Source: Lenisia limosa (lineage: Eukaryota > Protista > Breviatea). Taken from it: DNA of 64,000 nt. The DNA lies in NCBI GenBank assembly GCA_001655205.1, contig LPNZ01010005.1, forward strand, positions 2,652-66,651, in the 5' to 3' direction. The notes below the pieces were generated by a model. It searched no databases. It was not told the origin of the DNA and saw nothing but the letters and a program-made list of their open reading frames with translations. Numbering within the stretch: position 1 is the stretch's first letter; the number at the start of each line of letters is the position of its first letter. A program made the translations under genes and the position numbers. Of this stretch, positions 35,902 to 49,063 are shown one piece after another.

Positions 35902-37835
35902 CTAATCCTCTTCACCTTCACTTCCCTCCTCACTTTCCTCCTGCTCCTCTTCCTCCTCCTCCTTTTCATTATCTTCTTCCTCCTCTTCCTCCTGCTCTTC
36001 CTCTTCTCTTCGTTTTCTCTCCTCTTCCTCTTCCCGCTTCCTTTCCTTCTCTTCTAACCTTCTCTCCTCTTCGGCCTCGATCTCAGCCTGCCGTCTCTCC
36101 TATTGTGTCAAACAATGCGACAATCATAAGCAATAAAAAAACAGCCCTACCTCCGCAACAATTCTTCCCTCTTCACGGTCATCTTCATCCACAACTTCTT
36201 TATTAATAGTTTTGAGGTGTGGTAGATATGACAACAGCATAGCCATAAAATCGTCATCCTCACTGACAGGGGTGTCTAAGAGGTAAAGAAAGTTGAATCA
36301 AATCCAATCCAAAAAAATTAACGAAAACTGTTAAATTCACAAACCAAGTGTATTTATTGAAGTCAAGCGGGTGAGAGGGCTCAGTTTCACAAGTTCCAAA
36401 ATGTCCATAATAGCAGTTTCTCTATCATTGGTAAATTTAGGGGGTATTGGAAAGCACTTCAGTTCCAAGAAAAGGTGATTCTAGACAAATCCACATCCTT
36501 GATACTTCAAAGAAACAAAAAGAAATCGTGTGGGTATTAAACTATCAGATGAATGTACATATAACAAGTGTCAAATGAAAACACACACATACGAAGATCA
36601 GATAATTCTAGTGTGAAGGAGGGTTATTTCCATTCATAAAGCCGAAACCAACCTCAGATTAATATGTTCTAAAGAGGGGCAAGCAGTCACAAAATTATCA
36701 GGGATGGTTTCAAGAGGATTCCCTCTGAGCGATAGGGTTCGACATTTTGAAAGCTGCAAACCATCCAACGAAGAGATCTCATTTTGGTTCTGTCAATATG
36801 AAATAATAGCTTCCTGAACACAAAAAGAAAATGAAAATGGTTCTTATGAAAACGAAGTTGTTACAACCAGCCAAACCAGGTAAACTTCCTCCACACAAGG
36901 AGATGAAATGTCTTCACAAGATACAAGTTTACATTTTCGAGCTTCCAGAGTTTTTAAAGACAAGAGTCCCTCAAGCCGCATCGCAGGCTTAGAGTTACCT
37001 TTGGTGATGTCAAAATAGAACGTTTTTTTGAAAACAAAAAGGGGGGTTACTCTTAAAAGTTTTTGGTTTACTTCCTATTAAAACCCACTTACGATTCAAA
37101 TTTAGTCTGGTGAGATTAGGGTGAGATAAATTGGAAGCTGAGGTAATAATGTTTCGAGAGAGGTCAAGGTGTTCCAGGTAGATTGATGGGGGCCAATAAG
37201 CATCAGTAATCTGGATTGTGAATGAAACCTGTATTTCAAAATGCTAACCTTGTTCTTGGCTGCATCAACCGCTATTAGCCTGGGTAAGACCTCAAGGTCA
37301 TTCAACTTGGTGAGTTTGTTATTGCGTACACAAATATACTCCAAGTTTGTTGGGCGCTGAGACAATTAGATTTGGAACTATGAGTGAGAATCTAAATTTA
37401 CATTGTCGAACTACCAACCATTTCCTGAATAATTTCTGCACTTGTCACTCCTTCCCCAACAACGTCAAGACGAGAAAAGGACACTTCTCTATGACTGGTG
37501 AGTCTTACCGAAGATTAGATGAGGAGGATATTCACTCACCCGCTTGGCCCTTCTATGAGTCGAGAAAGCCCAGAAGTGAACATTTTCTTTGTCATTGGCT
37601 TCTTACAGTATAAATTATCATTTTAGCAGGATAGATGATGGAAAAGGTAAGCAAGATTGCCCAGACTCACTGGAGGGATTGTTTTCTTGACCACTATTGG
37701 GGCTTTCTCCTCCTCTTCTTCTTCATTTTCAAGACTAGATTCATTTTCAGACAGAGAGCCAGCGTCTTCTTCCTCCTCCCCCGAAATCTGCTCTTCCTCA
37801 GAGAGAACGTCAGGTTCTTCTTCTATTTCTGACAT
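35902..37835 (-). CDS. LRRC23: LRRC23-like leucine-rich-repeat protein (ciliary radial-spoke associated)
   Basis: Acidic N-terminus, PMTKKMFTSGLSRL and FSRLDV, LRRs (LEHLDLSRNII; RTLSLRGNPL), an LRR cap (LPHLKTINKEVVDEDDREE) and an E/R-rich tail. This matches the LRRC23 layout. Confidence 0.68.
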
Positions 37836-38179
37836 TCCTCTTCAACAATCTTAATCCTGCTTCAGACAAACTTTCCTACTTAAAAATTATCCTTTGGTGT
37901 TTCGTTTGATGCAATTCTCGTTCAGTTCTTTTTTTGGTGTGTTTTTCAGGAAAATTCACGGTGGCGGTGGCGCTCTCTNNNNNNNNNNNNNNNNNNNNNN
38001 NNNNNNNNNNNNNNNNNNNNNNNNNNNNNNNNNNNNNNNNNTGAAGAGGAAAGTTAAACTTGTATAGTCAAACTGAGTAGACAGTACCATTAAAATCAAA
38101 TAAGAAACCAGAACCTGAAACCAACACACAAGACCGCCGAAAGAAAAAAGAAACAAACATAACCTAAATAGATGCCAAT

Positions 38180-39674
38180 TTAAAGGTCGAAGCCTTTAAT
38201 GCTAAAAGTGTCAACGAGAAGAAAAAGAAGAGAGGGATCAAAAAAAAAAGCTCATTCATCTTACCATTGCCTGGGAGGAGTGTTGATTTCGAAGTAGTTA
38301 GGGGGCTTGGGGTTAGTTGATTCCTTCTTCATCAAATGGAGACGCTGTTGCACGTGTTCAGAAATGAGATTGATTCCAACTAAAACGTGAGTAAAGAAGG
38401 CATTGAATGCAGGGCAGCCAGCGTGAAGGGGCTTACCAATGTTATCGCCACCACGAGGGATGATGACGTCAGCAAACTTGCGGGACTAAGTTCATGAGAT
38501 AAAAAAAAATGGGGGTTGGGTTTATATTCATTTTTAAAAAACCCTCTCTCGCATACAGGTCCAGTGTACTCGTCGAAAGAAGGCTTGACGAAGCGCTCGT
38601 ACTGCTTGAGAACGCCATCAATGTCACGTCCACGTTCAGTGATATCACGACGAACTGAAAAGTTAAAAGAGGAAACCCATGAAATCACGAGCTGTTCATC
38701 CCTCATACTACGACGAGCAAGGCGAATGTCAGCGTCTGTATCGACGAAGATCTTGATATCGAACTGTTCACGGAGCTCACGTTGCTGATGTGTCAATTCA
38801 ACTGGGAGCAACAAGGCTATAAAGCAGCAGAAATCAAATACGCAGCTAAGGAATTGCTATAATGAAAGCGTATCAAAAATTTATCAACCCCCGTCAAACN
38901 NNNNNNNNNNNNNNNNNNNNNNNNNNNNNNNNNNNNNNNNNNNNNNNNNNNNNNNNNNNNNNNNNNNNNNNNNNNNNNNNNNNNNNNNNNNNNNNNNNNN
39001 NNNNNNNNNNNNNNNNNNNNNNGGTAGACTCGAGTGAACTCTTCCGACCTGAATTATCAGATTGACCATTTTCAATATGTTTTCTCAAAACTGATGGTTT
39101 ATATCGTAATATTACCCACATAAGGAACATTACTGTAAATTGACCAGCCCATTTACTACCACCAGCTCACCGTTTGTGGGTTGTGAAGTCGTAGACCGGG
39201 ATATCAACTGGAAGCCCATTCTTCAAGTCAGAGATCACAGCATTCATCAAATCATAGTCAAAGGCATCTGAAAAGTCAAAGGAAATTTCAGGCCACAATA
39301 CACAAGGTCCAAAAATATAAAGTTGGGACTAACCAGGATGATCAAAGTTGAAATCCTTCACATTAGCAAGCTGTTCTGGAGTTAACGGGAGGTAGAATGA
39401 ATCCTGGGAGATGATAACAAGATCACCAGGAGTTTTTTCGCCTTCTGAAGTCAACGATTCAAGGATTTTGCGACAAACGGTCGTCTTTCCGGAGGCAGTA
39501 CCACCAGCAACACCTACAAAAATAATTAAAAACTCCGAAACCAATGAAAGAAGATTTCCACCTCCAATTACCGATCAAAAAGGGCTTTTGGTTTACAGGA
39601 GACTTTCTCCCATTTCCGTTTCCCTCGGAAAAACGACAGTTTGTCGGGAGGCTTCTAGCTTGCATTTCAGACAT
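38180..39674 (-). CDS. UCK: Uridine-cytidine kinase; one exon probably hidden in the N gap at 38900-39021
   Basis: [68 protein letters not shown]...[20 protein letters not shown]. Confidence 0.93.
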
Positions 39675-39864
39675 ACTGTGTACTGCGCTACAAAAAACAA
39701 ATTAAATCCCTCGAAATATTTTTGAAAAAATTGATTTTATATACATACTCTCGAAATGTTATTATCGAATTCTTTCGAATTGAAAATATCAATTTTTGGA
39801 CAATTGAGAGAAGTTTGAAGAGTATTGAAGTGGTATTTAATGAAATAAATTACATTTTATAAAT

Positions 39865-42800
39865 ATAAATAGTAATGGGAGGTCGAAATCCCTTGCTCGA
39901 AGACTTCGATTTGCTATGGGTGGACGTTTCTCATCGATCCCTAAGTGGGAATATTGTCATTTCATCAAAAAACCATTAAATTCAACTTTTAAAAGGCTGA
40001 TTTAAGCTTCCCTCTTCAAAACTCAATTCGCATACTGACTTTTAGCACGGCTGAATTCGCTCACTGAGCTCGTCGAACATGCCAATAATTTACAAGCGTC
40101 AAATAATAAGCTTTTGTCGTTTAAAGGGATGCCAAGATGGCCAGAGTTATGGAAGATAGACGCCTCAGACAATGAAGTTTGTTTGTCTCCTGTTGATTAC
40201 AATCAGTTGATCAGCCTTGACGGGATTGGAAACCGCTCTGTTTTAGGGGCTCTGCTTTTGGCCGGAAATAACCTAAGCCTTTCCAGTTTAAAGCCACTGA
40301 GGTTTGCCTTTTTTGATATCATTTTCAGGTCTTCCCACATTGTTGAACTTACTCTTCTCGAAAACCCACGAATTGTTTCTTTAAAAAACTGTTGGGCGGA
40401 GTCTATTAGTTGATATATTTAGACCGATACCTTGTTATTGTTCTGTTACCACGAGTTGTAATGCTTGATGGTCTGTTTGTGACATCAGAAGAAAGGACGT
40501 TGGCGGAGGCTTTCGTTAAAACGCAGGCTGCTACTCGGGTTTTTACGGTAAGATACCCAAAACCCATGTCTCAAACTCGTAGAAAGAAGTTGGGTTTTAC
40601 CCACATGAGCTGGATGGCCAGACTTTTTTGCTTCATAAAGAGGAAGCTTGTATTTCTCGACCAGCTACTCAATTTTTACGACTCTTCAGCCACCCACTTA
40701 GCAACAGACGAGGGCCTTGTTGGCTAACTGCTGGTCTCACTTTGTAGACAACGATTTATTAAAACTCCAATACATTGCTGCAAATTATTTGAATGAAATG
40801 AAGAATGAAGTTGCGATTGTGAATGAGTAGGACTTTTTTAAAATTTAACGACTGTAGATCTGAACCTCAGGGCTTGAGTACTGAAGTTATCTTTGTTCTT
40901 CTTGCTCTTCCGTCAACCACACTCTTTATATTATTCACGATCTTGGCATTGTCATTAGATTACCCTCTGCCTTACCCTCTTCTTGAAAAGGTAAGACCAA
41001 TAATCAACGGGCTTTATGGGACGGAGTTTACCCATCAGACTCTTGGCAAAGCCCTCCAAGCTAGGCCTTGCTCTCCACAAACGCAACCTTCTAATGCAAA
41101 ATCAATTGCTTCTCCAGTCAAACGCCCTCCTTCAAGCTGTGGGTTTTACGTAATAATTGTTTGAGTTTTCAATAATAAGTAACTCTATTTAGACACAAGT
41201 GTTACACAAGGCCAAACAATGCCACTCTCGGTCTTTCAAGATTTATATGGTTGGATGCCATTTTTGTTTTGTACATGTACTCAAATAATTGTGTGTATCT
41301 GACATGCTCTTTAATTTTAATATTGGGTAACTTTTTATTTAGGCGAAACATCTACAATTCCAGCATTCCAGTTTCTATCAAAAGACGCGCTTTCCTTATT
41401 TTCGCTTGCACCTTCTTTAAGAATGGCTGTTCTTTCTCTTATTCACGAGGCCATTCGAATAGGAATTCAAGATCACAAATCAGCAAGAAGGTGGTCTTAA
41501 AGCCATCGATATAATATTATGAACAGGATAGCATATTCTTTTAATTCACTAGACAAGCAACGACCGAGATTTGGAATCTATTAAACTCTGGCCATCCCCT
41601 TCGGCCTCCGCCAAACGCGCCTGGTGGAGACGAGGATCACGAGGCCCCCGAGGAGTACCCCGAAACGATTGACCGCGAGTCCAAAGCACGGCCCGGTAAG
41701 AGCCTATGCACTACTAACATTTCAGTTACCGCCATGAGTGCAATATCGCATCGACCAATGGTGACACGTTTGGACCATGACCCTCGTCTCATTGCAGCCC
41801 GGGCGGAGGCTGCACTTTTCGGCCTGTCCTGTTTTGCCATGGCTGGAGGAAGGGAGCTTGTCAGTTTTGCTGTCGACATTAGGGTGAGAGACTAATAGGA
41901 ATCCAGAACACGAATGACTTTTTAGCCACTTTATCGGGCTGCTGCTGCTGGTGGGGTCAACGAGGTTGTGGCTTTAGTGGAATCTCAGGTGGGGTGACAA
42001 CGGGGTTCTCACACAGTTTTTTTATTGTGTGTTGTGACATAATACAGAAGGTCATTCTTGACATTGTCTTGACCTTTTAGACACGATTGGCTCATCGAGA
42101 TGCCGTATCTTTGATCGGAACTTTAACAGGAATCCGAGCCAATGATAGCACCACTTTCAGGGCTCTTCCTGATGGTGAGAGTTTGACTTGTTGCTTTCGC
42201 TTTTTTTTTTTTNNNNNNNNNNNNNNNNNNNNNNNNNNNNNNNNNNNNNNNNNNNNNNNNNNNNNNTGCATTTCTCCTCTTCATCAGGTCCTCCGAAGGT
42301 GCCTAAAACAGGGGACGAGGTGTTGATTTCTCATGACTGTGTTTTGGTAAAACACATTCCACCTGGCATTCTTGTGGTAAAGTAAGCTGTTGTTCTCTTC
42401 AATTTAAGAATATCATATGTTAAATTAGGAGATATGAAGCCTTGATTTTTCCTGAACTAAATTTATCTTTTTGGGGAAGTGAAGGAATCGGCGATGACAA
42501 AAGAAACAGAAACAGTGGACAACTCAGGCAGAATGACAGCAATGGTGGGTTCTTATGACTGGAACTCAGGTTTACATTTCAAAACTCACTTTTTTCAATG
42601 TAGATCCAACATGCACGGAAGAAAAAGACAGCCTCAGCTGTCGGATATGCGCAGTGTTCTTCATCAACCCATTTGTGGGACACATAAATTACAATAGCTG
42701 ATTTTCTTACTATTTAGATACAAAATTGCACTGAATTATCTTGTTTGGGTGGGCGGGAATAGTCTTCTCTAAGATAACAAGCACCCAAAAAAAGATAACT

Positions 42801-44382
42801 TGTATTACATTGCCATTTTAAATCAAATCATCCATAGTCAAACAAACGACTACTTACTGGGATGTAGCGGCCATCCCCAAGTCAACCTCGTAATGGGGTA
42901 TGGATTGCCGCATCGCTTCCTCCTCCAAAACCAGTGCAACAGACTTCTGTCAATAGGTAAGTTTACTTTGAATCAGGCTTTTCTTACTTTTAGAGCGTCT
43001 CTATTTTCACCACTTGTTGCAGCTGAGCAAGTAGGTAATGTGTTTATTTTTCTCCATTAAAGTTTCCATATCATATGGCATATAGTACGCCATGTCGTAC
43101 TCAATGCTATTTTTTTTACAGTTTTAGGAGTTCATAGTAGCTAACGATCACCATATTGTGAAAGCCAATCAACAGTAGGTTTTGTTTGGTTGAATCTTTG
43201 CTCATGTTCAGGGCGGGTACTCAGGTGTTTATCCCAATTGAAACCGTTCCAATTTCTTCGGTTCTTGAAGGTTTGATTGTTTTTTTTTCTGTCATAATTT
43301 TCTGCTATTTGCATTCTTCCAACAGTTCAGGTGACATGCTTCCTGCAGCCCCTCCGGCGATTGCGTTCCAAGATGCTTCAACTACAAACCTTATACCAGC
43401 AGGTTGGCCATTATGGTACTCATTGTTTAGAACCACTAAGGTTCTTGAAAGAAGAAAACAACTCCAGTTGTAAGCCTTTTGTTCGTTCCTATTGTCTTTA
43501 CCCTCTAGTATCATTAATGGATGACCTTTCATTCAATCGGAATCTATCTGGTTTGCTCTTTTCTCAACCCTTCTGGTTAACAACATATATATGTAGATGC
43601 AACTGTTCTTGGAAGATCCTCTACGTTTTTAACTGACATGGATATTCAATCCCCGGTTGCGCTTGGTACCAATTGTGAGTATTTCTTGACAAACGGCAAT
43701 GGAGTATTGGGTATTTGTTTGTGTGTGTTTATGAAAATTGAAACACCTATAAAAAAAGGACAGATTTGCAAATTCTGACTTAGTCTAGTCAGTGTCAAAA
43801 AACAACAATCACCATCGCCTGTCACGCCGCCTCCCAGCCGGGTACCTGCCATCGTCAAGCCTTTCCAACTGCCCAAACCTGTTGGCACGTGACATTCTCG
43901 TTGTTATTGCTTAGACCTCTCCCATGCCAAAATCTCGGCCCAATTCCGCCTTCTTTGACCTACATAAACCAAGTGCTGTATTTCTCCCTAATATTTCAAG
44001 TGGTGAGTGGGTGATCTGGATTCCTGTCTCATGTTGATTTTGTCTCATTGCTTAGGTCGAGGGTCTGCGAAAGTTCATGAGGTTTGTTACGTTTCATTGT
44101 AATATCTATAGACCAAAGTTTCTCCAGGATATGCGTTTCCATTGAGTAAGGGACCTGGCAAACCCAAGGGAGCCACCCCTTCCGATTCACAGTCTGGCAA
44201 CTCGCAGATAGGCAAGTCCATACGCGCGGCTTCACGAGCGCGAGCACCACTGGTCCTTGACCCTGCCACCTCCGCTGGTCCAAGTATTGGGTATGCCTCT
44301 CCTTTTTTAAAACCTATTCTATAGACCCTCTTTACCAACAACGTATTTTGCCCCTCCTTTGCCTTTGAAGAAGAAAAGATGA
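39865..44382 (+). CDS. Uncharacterised protein with an N-terminal LRR domain and a long Pro/Ser-rich C-terminus
   Basis: NLQASNNKLLSFKGM, LWKIDASDNE, LGALLLAGNNL, LTLLENP and an LRR cap YRYLVIVLLPRVVMLDGLFVTSEER. Ends APPLPLKKKR* (TGA at 44380-44382). Could be two genes. Confidence 0.6.
43687..43748. repeat. Dispersed intronic repeat, copy 1
   Basis: The 40-bp core gggtatttgtttgtgtgtgtttatgaaaattgaaacacct is 39/40 identical to 50577-50616, and both share an upstream tgacaaa..gcaatgg. Confidence 0.88.
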
Positions 44383-44585
44383 AATTCCATAGAGTTCACA
44401 AGTTGGCAGTTCCCCCTTATTTATTGTCTCCGAACCTAAAACGGTTCGTTTTATGTTATGTATGTTCCGAGGTTGAATTTTGATGTAGGATTCATAATTA
44501 CTTTTTGAGGTTATTACCTATAATTGAAACAGATACCATAGCTTAAATCTTGAAGAATGTTGTAGAAACCGTTGTTGCAGGCTGA

Positions 44586-46298
44586 TCAATGTTCATCATG
44601 ATCGTGATGGTCATCATCCTCATGAGAGTGCGAATGTGGCATCAGCAAAAGGAGGGCCATCACAATAAGTCCAGTAGCAATCATTGCCATCTAATCGGTA
44701 AGGTCAGGTTTTTTTTCTCTCTCATCAAACCTGTCCAAAGATGAGGGTCTTCTTATGAGTTTCTTGAAGAAGAGGGATCAAATCCGCCGCAGCTGTACCG
44801 TCAGATTTTGAGATAGAGGACTTACCGATATAGATGAAGTTACCAGCAGCAAAAGCAAGGATGTATGCTGTCAATTCATGGTCGAGTCCATCCAACGCCA
44901 AAGCAAAGCAAGCTCCAATCTAAAAGTGAGACAAATACCCTCTGAGGATCTTGCATACAATACTTGTCATCGCCGAAATTAAATTGAAAAAGAGCGCCTT
45001 CTTCATGGAGAAGCCAGCCTTGAGCAAAACACCAAAGTCACCAAGCTCTTGGGGAATCTGGGTAGTGGGATAAGTGATATTTCAAGATTTGGTATAGTGT
45101 TGACTGGCTCACTTCGTGCAAAATTACACCAACAGAGGCAACAAGCCCGGTTGAGAAACCGGTGAGGAATGCGGCAGCAAGAAGAACACCTGAAGTTAGC
45201 CATGTATGAAACTCTTTCACAAACCATCAATGAAGTTATGAAGACCATCTGACCACAAGATTATGAATGCGTATGACGACGTTTTCTGAAGGTGTCACCT
45301 GAGCATGTGTTTTTTGAAAAGTAACGATGTACAACCATTGGATATCATCATAACAGCAATGATTGGACGCGACATACTTGTTGTTTCGTGGTAGGTGTCG
45401 GTTCTGGAACCTCAGGGTCTTCTTTAGCATGGGGCGGCGTCTCCAAATGGACGTGTCCGGGATCAATAGTTGAAGGTGTTGTCGCCGCCGGCTCTTCAAT
45501 CTGAACCATGAACCTCTAAATCCACTAAATGCCGTATCATCGTCATTACAATAAGACCAACGCACAATGTTTTTGAGTTGGGGTGTGGCAGCATGACCTT
45601 GAGAACAGCTTGGAGTGGGGGCGTGATGACAGTGGTGGGCAACTCCGTCAAAGTCGGAGTGGCTCTGTGTCGAGTGGATAACCTGTGAAGTGAACAGGCT
45701 TATCATTTCACCAATAGACTTGGTAAAAAAGAGTTTGGAATAGCCCACCTTTTCAAAGAGGAAGTTGAAGAGGATGCCAGCAAGAACTAAAGCAAGTCAA
45801 TTCAACTCAAAATCTGCTGATCACAAGAACAGCAAATAGGAAGTGGATAGCAGAAAAGAGAAAAAAAGAAAATAGAGTCTGTGGAATAATGACATAATAA
45901 TGATTTGGCATTGGCAGCAAATGTGGATGATAAGAAAGCAATTCGGATTCAATTGAGAAAAAGTCGACCTATATCGGGACGGCCCCCAGCATACCAACTG
46001 TGCTGACTGTCCTCGAAAAACCAAGCTCCTCTGAAACCTCGGGTAGAAGATGAAGGAAGGCACCTCCGAGAAGACTTCCTACTGCCAAAGCAACCATTAA
46101 GTCAATTGTGCTGTGAATCCTAGAATTTATTAAATACATAACAAAAATATGAACATTTAAGCGGACATAGAAGCAAAGTAATGCAAGTGCAAACCGTTTT
46201 TCATTCACCGTGCGCAGAAAGAGGATTCCAATCATGGAAACTACCGATATTAGTGCTACAGTTACTATGGTAGCAATTGCTTCATCAAATTCCACCAT
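44586..46298 (-). CDS. ZIP (SLC39A, LIV-1-like) zinc transporter
   Basis: MVALAVGSLLGGAFLHLLPE, LHNFIDG, ILHEIPQELGDFGVLL.AG.S..KAL.FN, His-rich loop and tail (HSHEDDDHHDHDEH*). Confidence 0.93.
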
Positions 46299-46717
46299 TA
46301 TACTCAACAACAAGAGGAACTTATCAAATGACTTATCAAATGACTTAGACTTTAGCGTTAGTTGGACTTAAAATCGCTACTAATTATTAAAATAAAACGA
46401 AATACGGGTTATTCTAGACTATTTAATGCCAATTTTCAAAAAAAAATGTTATTAAATACACACTTATATGGCTCGGTTTGGCTTGGTTTGGCTGAGTTTT
46501 GGCTGGGTTCAAGGCTCGGTGAATTGTTGTTTTTGAAAAGTCGGAATGCGATCCAGTGTGATCTGGGAAGTTGTTGTGTATAAATAACAAAACAAAAAAA
46601 TCAGAACTCTTTTGTTTTGCTGTTGTTTTGTCTTTGTTCCTCTTTTCGTTTTCCTAGCATAGATATAGCGATACTATACCAGTTGGCTCCATTGAAAGCT
46701 CTCGATATTTGAGCAAA

Positions 46718-48929
46718 ATGTTCGGAGATGGGGACGGTTTGTCTTGTTCTGTTAATGTAGCTGCCCTCTTCAGTTTCTCTGACCATATTATAATGATGAT
46801 GCTGTTAGCACTCTATTTTGCGTTTTCATATGGGTGATTTTTTGGCTTGACATAGATTTTTCTCTTTGAAGCTATTCAAAGACTATGAAGTGAGGGCTGC
46901 TTCTGTTGTGGGACTTTTCTGTCTCACTTTCTGTCTTTCCTCCATGTTTTTTACTCTAATTTGTTTTGAGATTGGGAAGATTCTGCACAGAGAGTATGTG
47001 CCTTCTGCTCAATGTTTTAACCTTCAGGACAAGACTGTTGTACTGGTATATTTCGATCTACTCAATGATTCTCATTCTGATTTTTATTTTGCCTTTTTAC
47101 TCTGCTTTTCGTTTTGGAGTCGATATTGGTAGGTGCTGATAGAATTCCGACTTTTTATGGAATTGGCCACTGTACTTACCGAGCTGTCAGGCTTCAACCG
47201 AATTCCTTCATTCATTCTTTCGGGATGTCTCACACTATCCTGGCTGATTATCTTCTGGAAAATCGGAGATTTTGCGTTCACTGCTGACCATGGTGAGTAT
47301 GGTTGAGTTGCAAATGGTGGTACATATTTAGTAACCATTTCCAGCCCTTCTTTCAGTGGAGTCAACCATCTCACGGATTGGAATCATCGGTAGGTTGGTG
47401 TGAGCTTCATATTTCTCAATTACATCTCCACGCTGTATACTCCTTATCCACACTTCATGTTTAAAATCTGGTAGGAGTCACAGTGATGGCCATTTTGTCC
47501 GGTTTTGGTGCGGTAAACTGTCCGTATACGTACTTGAACTATTTCCTTAAGTTGGGGGGGGGGGGGTCTTTTTAAACCATCTNNNNNNNNNNNNNNNNNN
47601 NNNNNNNNNNNNNNNNNNNNNNNNNNNNNNNNNNNNNTCAAATTACACAGCGTGTTACTCAGCTGAATAGCATTCTACGAGGGATTTCCAAAAGGAAAAC
47701 GCACCTTCTTTATTTGAAAAAAGAGCTTCGTCTCATCAAGCCCGATGTGGGGTTCTTTTTTTTTATGAGCAATTATTAACAGGTGCACTAACCCTTTAGT
47801 CAGCAACATCATTTATTCGACAGTGGGTGGACAGTATTTTGGGGACTGGCGAGCACCAAATGCTTCATGACAGTTTGAGGGTTGAGTCGAGGATCTGTTT
47901 AACCTTATGGGTAAAAGCAACAAAGCAAAAGGCCTAATGCTACAGATATCCGAACAGTGGGCCGAGAGATTATGTATGCCGAAGAAAGTGCATCTCAACT
48001 CTTTTTAGCAGTTAATGAGGACAAACTTGAGGTATATAATATCCTGTGTGTTCACAAAAACAGAGAGAACGAATCAAATTCTCATATTCATGGAGAGGAA
48101 GAATGTTTAACAGTCTTGGATACTTCTTTTCAGTATACTGTATTTACAAGATGGTGATGGTAGGGTCCCAATTGAGTTGTCTTGTTTTACCTTTACTTAG
48201 TGTACTATTAACATTATATTCGACCGACGGGTAGGAAATGACCCAGTTACACGCGGTTTCGAACTAGCAATAAAGTATGTCTTGTTATTTTTTCTTCATT
48301 TCCAAACCGTTTTTCATCTGTTTAGGTATCTTGATTTGACCGTGGATATTACTTTTTGGCCACAGGTAGACTCTGATTGACTGCATTCACGCTTTAGATT
48401 ATCTCATTTATCTTCGTTGGTGTTCTTGTTTTGGTATCAATAAGAGGCTTCCTGATACAACTGACTAAGGTTTGTGCAAAATATTTCTTATTCCTAGTTT
48501 TTCGTCTATTTGTCTTCTGGAGTTTCGTCAAACGTGATTGTTCTTCTTCTTGCAGAGCTGATGGGCATTTACTTCATGAGTACACTCATTCTCCTCCGAG
48601 TAAATATGCCCTATCAACACAGGTGAGTATGGTTAAATAGCAAGGCAAGAATGATGGGGAAAGGAAGGCAAAAGGGGGAATGGAAAATTCCACATTGGGG
48701 ATGAAATAATATCCCTAAACTTGATCACTTCTTCACTCTCAAGATTAATTGTCGATGAAGTTGTTGGTGCTTTGGAATTCGACTTTTACCACAGGTGGTT
48801 TGATATTATTTTCTTCTTCAGGTAAGACAAGAATTGATCTCAATGTGTAGTACAATTGCCTCTATTATTTTCATTTATGCGAACGAACATGTTGCATCCA
48901 GTTTAAATAATCGACCTCTCTGGAGATAG
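46718..48929 (+). CDS. GPR89: Golgi pH regulator (GPHR/GPR89)
   Basis: LFKDYEV...[89 protein letters not shown]. Confidence 0.93.
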
Positions 48930-49063
48930 TGTGCCTGGTTTTATCTGTAGCCCTATTCTATTTCTTAAGTTGTTTCTGATTGATGCAGTGCTGACTGCAA
49001 GAACGTATGGATGTTAATAGTATTGAAATATTGTTACATCAGACATAATAGAACTAAACCTAG

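Noticed and set aside
38900-39021. Uridine kinase as a pseudogene because the conserved EGIL segment is missing
   Set aside because: The missing segment maps to an N gap, and all visible exons are intact.
46186-46203. 16-bp match (aagtgcaaaccgtttt) between the ZIP gene and the 16.3/16.5 kb repeat
   Set aside because: It straddles a ZIP exon-intron junction and does not extend, so it is most likely chance.
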